From Asterias rubens (taxonomy: Eukaryota), in assembly GCF_902459465.1 (NCBI RefSeq), contig NW_022985693.1:372001-436000 (forward strand): a stretch of DNA of 64,000 bases, in the 5' to 3' direction. Positions 38,300 through 49,634 of the stretch are shown here, in pieces. The notes beneath the pieces were generated by a model, which saw only the letters and a list, made by a program, of their open reading frames with translations, was not told the DNA's origin and ran no database searches. Every line of letters starts with the position of its first letter. The stretch's first letter is position 1. The translations under genes and the position numbers were made by a program.

Positions 38300-41200
38300 A
38301 ACTAACTTGGCCTAACTTAGTGATGCATTTATAGAATGATTCTCCATATACAGGTGATGTCGCAAGAACTGGCTACCCGAGGGCATCTTGAGACCTTTGA
38401 GGGGGTGTCTTATGGTTTGAGGATGCAAGTTTCCAGGTAAGATGATTTAAGAAAGTAAAATACAGTATATATTGGTCATTTTCTTCCCCAATGGATTCAA
38501 CAGCGTAGCCACACTATGCTCAAAACTAGGCTACATGCGATTTCCAAGTCTTCTCATGACTATTGAAATGAAAAGTGGAACTTGGCAATAATTGTACCCA
38601 GGCAGCGAAATTCACCCAATGCTATTGATAATTTCAATAGTTGTAAAGAAAAAACAAATCTTTGGTAAAGTTTTCCAAATCCAACAGTGCTCCAATCCAA
38701 CCCATCTCGCCTCTCTCAGTCTCAGGGTCCAATAATTATGACAAAAAGCTGCTGAGCCAAAAAAATTTGCTTTACAGAATTTGATGTTACAAAAAGGAAC
38801 TTTTTCTGTGTTAAAGATTTCCGGGAGGATTAGCTATAAAAGCTTAGTTCGCAAGACTAACCAATTGTTTCTCCAGTCAGTGCCCATCACAAAGCCGCTA
38901 AGCAGAAAAGTTTTGCTTAACAGAATGAGCCCTAACTCTCTTACCACTAGAGCTACCTTCATTTACTGTGATTGTTGTCAAACATGATTCACAACTTAGA
39001 GAATAGTTATCTTTGTTTCCCAACATGCAGTGACTGACATTGAGAACCTGGGATGGAGTCCTTCTCATCTACATGCTCTCTCATGACAGACCCTGCAACC
39101 ACTTTAATCCCGTGGTATTACGGCACAGAGGGATTACGTCCACCTTAAAGGTATATTATTATCACCATTTATTCACTCTAACATCAAACCTGCACCAAAC
39201 TGCATGATTCAAGCTCACTCCCATCACACCATCACATTAAAATCTACTAAGCTAATTTCCATGCTTGCATGTTACATCTTAACAATCAGGGGTTCGTTAT
39301 ACGAAAGCGAAAACGTACCTCATCTATAACTCCACACCATCCGTTATCAGTCACTTGTCATGTAACAACCACTCACACCATTTATATGCACCTGAAATAT
39401 TCCCAAACTAAATGGAATAATTCTGTTTGGAGGTGCATTTTCTGAATGTATGTATTTTCTGTCTTTTATTTACTGCAATGGTGAAATGCGGAACCAACTG
39501 TCATTGGAATACGTTTTACGGAGTCCATGGAAACTGCGGATTCCAGAGCCATGAAGACATCATCGGAGGTATGCTGTGAGGAAAACAACACTTACACATT
39601 TTAAAGTTCAGGAATAGAGCCTGAAGGCAAGTTTATTTTCAGGATGTTAGTAGTTTGAAAGTTCATGCAGGACCGTAATTTGATAAGAATTGTCCTGAAT
39701 TGATAAAATGTTGTTGATTTTTGTTAATTAAAGAGGGGCTCCCGCAAAGTTCAAATTGAATTGCAATCCTCTATTTTTAAAATTGATAGTAAAATGCTTT
39801 CTTTGGGGGGAAAAAGTGTGTCTGACTTCATACACTAATGGCGTAAACTGCCATTATGTATGATGCCCTTTTGTAGAAATAAAAAATTTTGGATGATGTC
39901 ATATTTTTAAATACATAGTCAATAAATTGTTGTACATAAATTGTTCATTTCATTTTGAAACTCTGATCATTCAATCCAAAGGGCATTACATCTGAGTTAA
40001 TTTGACTGAAACAGAAATTCCTCTTGGGAATGAACAGACACATTTTATCTGTCGGGTGATTTCATGTTACATTAACTCAATGATTGAGCTAATTTTGTGG
40101 TTTGAATGCAGTTATTGAATGATTCTCCATATACAGGTGATGTCACAAGGATAATGGCTACCAAGGATCATGGAAGGAGGACGAGGGTGTCTTATGGTCT
40201 GAGGATGCAAGTTTCCAGGTAAGACGACTTAAGAAAGTAAAATACAGTATAAGTTATTACTGTCTGAATGTATCTATTTTTTGTCTTTTATTTACTGCAA
40301 TGGTGAAATGCGAAACCAACTGCCTGTGAAGTACGGAGTCCAATGAAAACTGCACATCAATGGCGTCTGCGTTCGTGCTGGTGACGTCCATCCGCCGATG
40401 ACCAAGAAGACAACCGCTGGTTGCCTGGCTTCATAGAGGAGTGTTCCTGTCTCCCTGGTGGATGAGAGAATGCATTGCAGTCTGATGGATCAACAACAGA
40501 TGTAATAATGGCAACTATATTTGTTTTGACATGAAACTAATTCAGATTTTACACATGTAATAACATAACTTTAAAGGATTGCGCAGAAAGTTTGTTGCGT
40601 CAATCTTTTTACAACAATCGATGTCTTTGAGATGACAGAAATAGTTCAAACTTGTTGTTGAAAAGCAGCGACTGAACTCAATTTTTGAACTAACTTAATG
40701 ATGCAGTTATTGAATGATTCTCCATATACAGGTGATGTCACAAGGATAATGGCTACCAAGGATCATGGAAGGAGGACGAGGGTGTCTTATGGTCTGAGGA
40801 TGCAAGTTTCCAGGTAAGATGACTTAAGAAAATAAAATACAGTTTTAGTAATTTCGGTCATAAAAAGTGCTTTTGAAAAGTTCATGTGGCTTTTTTTGAA
40901 AGCCTGAACAAAACTAGCTCAATAAAACCATGCAGTAAATCCTTGACAAAACATGAACATTCCTTTCTTTCCTCTGGATTGTGTTTATTAAAGTTTAATG
41001 AAAAATTCACAAGTTGTTGATGGTTTGTTAAATGCAAACAAATGAGTTGATGAGAAATATTTGACTCTCTACAAATTCAGAGAAAGAAACCCTCACAAAT
41101 TATGATCGTAAAACTCACCAACCCACTTATTGTGCACTTGAAATATTCCCCAACTAAATGGAATAACTCTATTTGGAAGTGCATTTTCTGAATGTATCTG

Positions 41201-41650
41201 TTTTTGTCTTTTATTCTGCAATGGTGAACTGCGGAACCATCTGCCTATGAGATATGGAGTCCAATACAGGGCTATGACGACTTCAATGGCGTCTGCGTAT
41301 GTGCTGATGACATCTATCTGCCGATATCCAAGGGCCTAGATGACAACAGATGGATGCCTGGCTACACAGCAAAGTGTTCCTGTCTCCCTGGTGGATGAAA
41401 GAATGCATTGCAGTCTAATGGATCAACAACAGATGTAATAATGGCAACTATACTTGTCTTCACAAGAAACTAAAACAGTTTTTACACATGGAATAACATA
41501 ACTTGAAAGAATTGTGCAGAGAGTTTGTTGCGCCAATCTTTTTTCAACAGTCTGTGACTTTGAGATGACAGAAACTTAGAAAAGTAGTGATTGAACTCAA
41601 TTTTTGAGCTAATTTTGTGATTTGATTTTGAAGCAGTAGTCCAGTGTTGT
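38300..41650 (+). repeat. Imperfect tandem triplication carrying an 82-83 bp exon-like cassette
   Basis: gattctccatatacag|gtgatgtc...gcaagtttccag|gtaaga at 38354-38436, 40137-40218 and 40732-40813; a second module (ctgaatgtat...tactgcaatggtgaa.tgcg) at ~39445, ~40263 and ~41168. Confidence 0.85.
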
Positions 41651-41759
41651 CCATCAGATGATTACATTATATTAGTCTCTACATGGTTTGTACTGATGTG
41701 ATTACAACTTTCTTTCAGATGGCGCTCCCCTAGTAGTCATTCTTTCTCTTCAGTCTGGT

Positions 41760-42175
41760 GGTGCAAATTGTGCTGATCTTGATGCAGCTCAAGAAAGAGC
41801 GCTAGATGGCGTCTATACAAGAATGCTACCAATGGCCCTTGATGTAAACTTGGAAGACCATCTATGCCCAACATCCAGCTCTTTGATGCCCAACCAAGAG
41901 TATCTGTCAAGATCAGGAAACTGAGAATGAGGCTGGCTGGCCACTGTGTCCGCCATCTAGAGCTAGCTGTGAGCCCCTAGTTCTCTTGGAACCCATCGAT
42001 GGAAACAGGAGCAAGGGTAGGGGGAGACTAACATTCGTAGATCAGCTGAAGAAGGACGCACCACACAACCAGAAACAACTGAGCTTAAGATGCTGATGCT
42101 GGACGGGGCGTGGAAGGCTGCCATCAGAGGTTCCCGAGATGGCGTCAGCTAAAGGCAACCTGTCACTCAACTACT
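41760..42175 (+). mobile_element. RTE-clade LINE 3' relic
   Basis: LDGVYTRMLPMALDV..., then after a frameshift PRVSVKIRKLRMRLAGHCVRHLELA, then RSKGRGRLTFVDQLKKD; typical RTE-1 C-terminus. Confidence 0.82.
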
Positions 42176-43109
42176 ACTTACATACAGGTTATCGTGACTT
42201 TTCTGCCAACCTGTCAACAGGGACCATGAAGATGTGACATCACAACATAAAGAGAGATACATCAAGTATTTCTACACCTACTTATCAGGATCCTTGAAGG
42301 TAAAAGATCTCTTTAAGCTAAAGTGCTATTCACGTGACAGCAACTTAAATGGGGTCTCTTGCTTAATTTTAGCCTGGTTGTAAAATGTAGAAATGTTTGA
42401 CAAGATTTTGCAAGAGAACTTGGACAGAAGAAAAACATGGTTGTCCTTTCACACAAGGAACATTTTGTTAAGTTTTACCACCAGGCTACAATTTAGCAAG
42501 GGACCCTTGCTAAAGTGCTCTTGTGTGAAAGGACTATAAGCTTGCTTTGATATTTGAGAAATCCACTAAGTGCAGAAATTAAACTTTGCTTATACACAAA
42601 AATTTTACTTATAAATCTTTTTTCTTTTCCGTTTTGTTTTATATCATATTACAGGATGAACAGAGTGGAACTAAGAGTTGGTCACGTCAAGATGCTAGCC
42701 ACATTATGCAGCACCAATAAAACTGTTGCTTCAACACAGTCTTTGTAAAGGAGGACTGTTTCTTCATGATGACTGCCCTCATCTAAGGTTGTATCCAAAT
42801 TGGTGGTACCAGCTTCGACTGTTACTAAGGATGTACTTCGACCATTGAGTAGACGTTCCAAGAGCATGAACAACATTGAACAAATCTTCCAATGGATCTT
42901 GATATTACAGCATGATCATCCGGATTCATCTGCAGATTGAACTCACTAAGACAAAGTTTTCTTATTGTGGAACAATGACTTGAATATTAGTATTGTTTGA
43001 AGCTTTGCATGGTGTGGATAAATATGAAGAAACTATAAGTATTATAGTAAACTTGCGTGTACAACAATGTGTAAATCTCGTTTGTGTTAGTGTTGACTCT
43101 GAAAAGAGC

Positions 43110-43460
43110 CTGTGTGGTCTTGACATTATGAAACAGTAGACTCTGCTTGTCTTCAGGAGAAAGCTGGAGTAGTAGTGGTGGTGGAGTTTATAAGTAGCAC
43201 TGGAGGGATGCACAATTGGGCGGAAGGATCCAAGCTGTTCTTGACCTGTGATGCCAGTGAGTTGGAGTGTGAATTGTTGTGGTGAGCTGCTGCTGAAAGG
43301 GTTGGCTTGAGTATGGGTAATCAGATGTCGTTGATGAAAAACCTGATGTCTTGTGGAACTGTGTGATGTGCTTGTATCTCAATGGCGTCCCTGACTCTGC
43401 ATCGGTGCACAACTGGACTGGTGCGATGTGGATATGAATGAAGTTCCTGCTTCAAGCTGC
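43110..43460 (-). mobile_element. Penelope-like element 3' relic with decayed hammerhead ribozyme
   Basis: Minus peptide RVRDAIEIQAHHTVPQDIRFFINDI*LPIL (GIY-YIG tail-like REAIEI), followed downstream by ttctc-CTGAAGA-c-aagcag-agtcta-ctgttt-cataatgtcaagac, a CpG-decayed cGAAACGTCgagac. Confidence 0.55.
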
Positions 43461-43474
43461 CTATTGGTCAACTT

Positions 43475-43875
43475 ACTTGTAATGATCGTACTTCATTACA
43501 AGTTTGTAGACAGAATACATAATAACTTGTAATGATATAATTCCTTACAAGTTAATGTATTGACATAAAAGATTGCATGTTTGTAATGAGGTACTTTATT
43601 ACACTCATGCAATTATAACATACTTGCAATAAAGTACCTTATTGCAAGTATGTCAAAGTTTCAAGTGCTTAATGAACTACTGCATTACAAGAATGAAACA
43701 AGTTAAGTAAATTTGTAATGCAATTGCTCATTACAATTATGAAACAACTTTGTAAAGAGAGGTAACTCATTACAAATATGAAGACAACAAGCTTGTCAGG
43801 AAGTGTAGATGATTGGTTTAACATTACAAACTAATAAAGTTAAGTTTTACTGACTTTGAATATTGTAATGAATGG
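43475..43875. repeat. Array of short hairpins built from TTGTAATGA/TCATTACAA
   Basis: acttgtaatga-tcgtact-tcattacaagt (43475-43503), acttgtaatga...ttacaagt (43525-43552), acttgcaataa-agtacc-ttattgcaagt (~43623-43650) and further half-sites. Confidence 0.7.
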
Positions 43876-45559
43876 TAACTTTTGTGTGTCACTCTGTTTT
43901 TCCATTATTCATCCAAACAATATTATAAGTGTTCTTGGGGTACCCCCACATGGTGGCCACCATGTTCTTTTTATTAGTTATTATTTAAGGACATGTATAT
44001 TGTGACACACATAAGGTTCAGTAACTCTTATTGAGGTTTTTTATGGTCATGACATTGTATGTATTTGAGTCATCATTCATATGCTAATTAATTACAATGG
44101 TCATGACATTGTCTGTTGTATATTGAGTGAATTTGGACCTCATTAATATGCTAATTAATGACAATGGTCATGACATTGTATGTGTACAATGGTGACATTA
44201 TTTATATTATCTGATGGTAATTATGATGCATTAATGTAACATTTGGATCGGTAATTGTTATACCATGCAAGTTCTATAGTTGAGAGTGCTCGTTATAATG
44301 AGGGTATTATTTTTAATACAAAGAACATGCGATTAGTTTATTATCTGGTGTTAATTATTTGGCAAAATGTCACACTAAGATTGGTAATTGATATACCATT
44401 CACAACAGTTTTAAAGTTGAGAGTACTTGTTAACCAGGTTTTTTTATTTACAAAAAGTGATGACAAGTTTGATATCTGCCTAGCTATTTCATGCTAATAT
44501 CAGGGTTTTCAAGAGTACTTTCTCACAAGAGTGTTTCTTCACTCTGCAGACAAAGGGAGCTAGCCAAGTAGTCAAGACTTCAGATACAGGATATTAATTG
44601 AAATAAAGTGTATCTTATCTTAAACAAAGGAAAGTAATTAGTTGGTTTTACTGCAAGAAAACGGTATATACAATTTTCTTTAACCGCATAATCATGGTCA
44701 ACAACTTTAATTGAACAATTGAAAGCATTTCTTAAGTCATAGTTATTATAGATAAGTTTAAGTGGGGTTTTCCAGAGTATTTGTTATCTCTGGTTTTTCA
44801 CTCCGTAGGCTAGGTATCAAAGGGGGGTAACATTTCAAAGAAGCAATTGTTGTAATGGTTACAAACTTGGATGTATTATGATCCCTTTAACTGTTGTGGG
44901 GTGGAAGATGACAACCTTCACGTGGTCCACCCTGTTGTTAACTAATGTCATCAAAGACCTTTTCGCAAGCCCTCACTGTTGAATGAGGTGCATGCTGATC
45001 CAGCTCACAATCAAACTTGATCGCTATGCATGCGTACCAAGTATTTGCGATGAGGTCAAAACCAATCTATGTAGCAACTCCTTGTTTTCATACTGGTGTT
45101 GTCTTCTAACCTAATTATTCTCAGTAGGCCCTATTAATGCCTATTACCATAACTATCAATCACTTTACTTTGAAATGTTGTTCGCCCGTTACGTGTATAG
45201 AAAGTTTAAAATGTTCATTTTATTTTGCCAGGTTTTATGTCCATGGCTTTAGTGTGAAATAAATACCCTGATCATGTGAAACAAGAAACAACTGTGTGAT
45301 ATAGAATTAAAATAGTCAAATATTAAAATTACCCCTGTAAAAGACATTGCATTGTTTTGCCATTAGTGAAACATTTCTCAAAACACATTGTACTTTAACC
45401 CAAAACTGCTGTACTTCTTTATCACCAAAACTATAAGAATAATCCTTAGAGGAAGACACAGTCTGAGAAGTGTTACGGCGGTAACGCTTCTTATACTTCT
45501 TTTGATTATTGCCAAAACTCTTATCCAGGAAATTTGTTATTGGCATTAAGGAATTTTTT

Positions 45560-46295
45560 TTTTACACCGCAGTGAGGGGTTTTGTACTGAAACACTACCA
45601 AAACCTTTCTTGAGATGAGACTAAAATATTGATGAAGCCCCCATACACATTGTTCAAAAGAGTTGTAGCGTAGTCTGCTACTCGAAACACGGCGACAGCG
45701 GCTGCACCCACCCGGCGTTGTTAGTTCTTCTATGAGGGCGCTATATACATTTAGTGGTCGATTTCTGATAATACTGCAACCACTACCAATTGCTGTCTTG
45801 AGACGAGACTAAAATGTTGGTGACGCCCCTATACACATGTTCAAAAGAGTTGTATCGTAGTCTGCTACTCAAAACACGGCGACAGCGGCTGCACCCACCT
45901 CCGGCGTTGTTAGTTCTTTTATGAGGGCGCTATATAATTTTAGTGGTAAATTTTTAATGCAACGATAACAATAATTTAAAACTATCGACACCTTTTTGAA
46001 ACAAACTCATACAAAGTCTACTTTTGAATATTTCAAACCATTAATAGTGTATTTATTTCAACTTCTTTTGTGTTGTCCCACTTGATTCTCGGCCGCATTT
46101 TGTTTTTACACCGCAGCGAGGGGTTGTATACTGTAATACTGCCAAAACGTGTTTTGAGACGAGACTAAAATGTTGATGAAGCCCCTATACACATGTTCAA
46201 AAGAGTTGCATCATAGTCTGCTACTCAAAACACGGCCACGGCTGCAGCTGCATCCACCCACCAGTTGTTTATTCTCACTTGAGGGCGCTAACTTT
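45560..46295 (+). repeat. Three diverged copies of a ~190 bp unit, each ending in GAGGGCGCTA
   Basis: gagactaaaat.ttg.tga.gccc..atacacat.gttcaaaagagttg...gtctgctactc.aaacacgg at ~45615, ~45805 and ~46160; motif at 45734, 45923 and 46281. Confidence 0.9.
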
Positions 46296-46339
46296 TCATG
46301 CATTTGTAACGTCTTGGTTGAGTGACCGCAGTTAACGGT

Positions 46340-46470
46340 TGCTCTGACAGTTTCTTATCGCGATATCGTTATAGCGCCCTCTAAATTGAGGGCGCTCTAA
46401 CAGACTGTGAACAGTTTCTCCCTGTCAAAGTCGTCTGCCCGAAAGACAAGTAAGATTATTAAAGAGAGGT
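46340..46470 (+). promoter_or_regulatory. Candidate promoter or first non-coding exon (possibly of the TRIM gene)
   Basis: Palindrome TATCGCGATA (46356-46365; TMTCGCGAKA-type promoter motif), inverted pair TAGCGCCCTC/GAGGGCGCTC (46372-46397), donor-like GTAAGA at 46450 and 46469. Confidence 0.35.
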
Positions 46471-47546
46471 AAGAAATCTTCAATTTTTCCAGTAGTTGTT
46501 CGGTTTTCGAGTCTCATAATAACAATATTAGGATCACAATATTATACAAGTCAAAAAGAATTCACCGCATCAGTTCTTTTTTAATGAAGAGAAGTAATTC
46601 TGGATCGGAAAAAGGATCAATCGTTTGTTTATTCGATAGTCATATTACATAATTATTTTCCGATTTCGACCCCAAACTTTGATTGCAATTTACCGGGATA
46701 CTGTGCCAGCTCCGCGGTGACAAAAGCTCTGCTGTTTACTCACGGTCTGTGTTTATGCCAGGCTTTTCATGCTAAGAACAAAGAACAAAGCTTTCTGTCG
46801 TAGATTATGTCTTAAACATTTGAATGAATAATATAATAGAATCAATAGATCAACTGACACTACAGACTGACTCTCTAGCTACTGCAGTAATTTACCAAAA
46901 ATCCAAAGAGGGAATGGCGCCACCACTTTTTTCACTCATTTTTACAAAAAGTGATATCTAATTAAGGTAAATTAGATACTAAATTATTTCGTATCGAATG
47001 AAAAAGTGGTGGCCTGGTGCCATACGGAAACTTTTCACAGGAGAGTCAACGAAACAACATCCTTTGAGTTGACCTTGAAAGTTCAAAACCAAACTATCGT
47101 TTGGTAGATTGTTTAATTCTCCTTCAGTCACTTGATAGATCACGTGATGTTGTTGCTATTTGGGATTCTATTGCGTGCCGAAATGGGGATAAAATCACAG
47201 TACTTGGGTGGGATTCTGACCGACAACCTTTGCAATTCTAGATACGCATAGATGCCAAGTTCAGAGGCCAGCTAGCTATGCGTGACATTTTTTGAACCTG
47301 TGCTAAGAACCTTTTATAAGGCAATGAGTGAATAGTTATACCTGTGAGATTTTGATGAGCACAATGGACCTAGCGTGAGATAAACTTGTGCTTAGCACCA
47401 ATTGGGCAAGTAAGAACTCTGGTGTACATTTTTGTTTTAACACGTTTAACTGCTGTGATTTTATCATAAAATTGTTTGAGACAAGTCATGGCTATGTGAC
47501 TAAATAATATAAAATACAAGATTGCACCATAATTTTCCCATAGCTG

Positions 47547-49249
47547 AAAGGTCCGAAGACTTGGGGGCTTGGGAAATCAAAACGACTTCAGGATTGTTGG
47601 TTTTGAGGACTTGGAAAATCAATCCTAATTCGTTTTGATTTCCCAAGTCCTCAAAACCAACAATCCTAATTCGTTCTGATTTTCCAAGTCCTCAAAACAA
47701 ACAATCCTGAAGCCATTTTGATTTCCCAAGTCCTCATAAGCAACAATCCTAAAGCCATTTTGATTTCCCAAGTCCTCAAAACTAACAATCCTGAAGTCGT
47801 TTTGATTTCCCAAGTCCTCAAAACCAACAATCCTAAAGCCGTTTTGATTTCCCAAGTCCTCAAAACCAACAATCCTAAAGTCGTTTTGATTTCCCAAGTC
47901 CTCAAAACCAACAATCCTAAAGCCATTTTGATTTCCCAAGTCCTCAAAACCAACAATCCTAAAGTCGTTTTGATTTCCCAAGTCCTCAAAACCAACAATC
48001 CTAATTCGTTATGATTTTCCAAGCCCTCAAAACTAACAATCCTAAGTCGTTTTGATTTCCCAAGTCCTCAAAACAAACAATCATGAAGTCGTTTTGATTT
48101 CCCAAGTCCTCAAAACCAACAATCCTAATTCGTTCTGATTTTCCAAGTCCTCAAAACAAACAATCCTGAAGCCATTTTGATTTCCCAAGTCCTCATAAGC
48201 AACAATCCTAAAGCCATTTTGATTTCCCAAGTCCTCAAAACTAACAATCCTGAAGTCGTTTTGATTTCCCAAGTCCTCAAAACCAACAATCCTAAAGTCG
48301 TTTTGATTTCCCAAGTCCTCAAAACCAACAATCCTAAAGCCATTTTGATTTCCCAAGTCCTCAAAACTAACAATCCTGAAGTCGTTTTGATTTCCCAAGT
48401 CCTCGAAACCAACAATCCTAAAGTCATTTTGGTTTCCCAAGTCCTCAGAACCAACAATCCTAAAGCCAATTTGATTTCCCAAGCCCTCATAACCAACAAT
48501 CCTAAAGCCATTTTGATTTCCCAAGTCCTCAAAACCAACAATCCTAAAGTCGTTTTGATTTCCCAAGTCCTCAAAACCAACAATCCTAAAGCCATTTTGA
48601 TTTCCCAAGTCCTCAAAACCAACAATCCTAAAGTCGTTTTGATTTCCCAAGTCCTCAAAACCAACAATCCTTATTCGTTATGATTTTCCAAGCCCTCAAA
48701 ACTAACAATCCTAAGTCGTTTTGATTTCCCAAGTCCTCAAAACCAACAATCCTAAAGCCATTTCGATTTCCCAAGTCCTCAAAACCAACAATCCTAAAGC
48801 CATTTCGATTTCCCAAGTCCTCAAAACCAACAATCCTAAAGTCGTTTTGATTTCCCAAGTCCTCAAAACCAACAATCCTAAAGTCATTTTGATTTCCCAA
48901 GTCCTCAAAACCAACAATCCTAATTGGTTTTGATTTTCCAAGTCCTCAAAACTAACAATCCTAAAGTCGTTATGATTTCCCAAGTTCTCAAAACCAACAA
49001 TCCTAAAGCCATTTTGATTTCCCAAGTCCTCAAAACTAACAATCCTGAAGTCGTTTTGATTTCCCAAGTCCTCAAAACCAACAATCCTAATTCGTTTTGA
49101 TTTTCCAAGTCCTCAAAACTAACAATCCTAAAGCCATTTTGATTTCCCAAGTCCTCAAAACCAACAATCCTGAAGTCGTTTTGATTTCCCAAATCCTCAA
49201 AACCAACAATCCTAAAGCGGTTTTAATTTCCCAAGTCTTCAGGACTGTA
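47547..49249. mobile_element. Fold-back DNA element with CTG TSD (Harbinger-like target) whose interior is a 42 bp satellite
   Basis: catagCTG|aaaggtccgaagacttggg ... cccaagtcttcaggactgta|CTGctatg; a paralogous empty site cccatagCTGctat lies at 49467-49480. Confidence 0.6.
47567..49240 (+). repeat. 42 bp minisatellite, ~38 copies plus ~1 inverted copy at the left end
   Basis: Unit aaaaccaacaatcctaaagtcgttttgatttcccaagtcctc; 47567-47617 is in the opposite orientation; variant pattern repeats with a ~460 bp higher-order period. Confidence 0.97.
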
Positions 49250-49634
49250 CTGCTATGTGTCTTTTAAGCATAAACTGAATTTTGTGCTTCCATTTTGACA
49301 AGGAAAAACTCTGGTGTACATTATTATTTCAATTGCTGTGATTTCATCACAAAATGATGTTTTGATAAGTCATGGCTTTAATCTGATAGTTTTAAAGTGG
49401 GGTTGGAAAACGAGTGATGTGACAGAATAAAATAAATTATAAAATTGCACGGTTGTATTAATATTTCCCATAGCTGCTATAGCTCAGACCTTTTCATAGT
49501 AATCAAATAATCTTATTTTTGTTAGCACTCTTTACAAATTTATTGTTGCTCACTCATGGAGTTGTTTACACCATGTACAAGTTCATTGTTAAAACAGCCC
49601 AGACATCAAACAGACGTGCAGTATTGCTAGCTCC

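Noticed and set aside
47625-49192. Many overlapping ORFs with 14 aa repeats (GNQNDFRIVGFEDL, LVLRTWEIK, ISQVLKTNNPK)
   Set aside because: Artefacts of a 42 bp (multiple of 3) minisatellite lacking stops in several frames on both strands; no unique flanking coding sequence.
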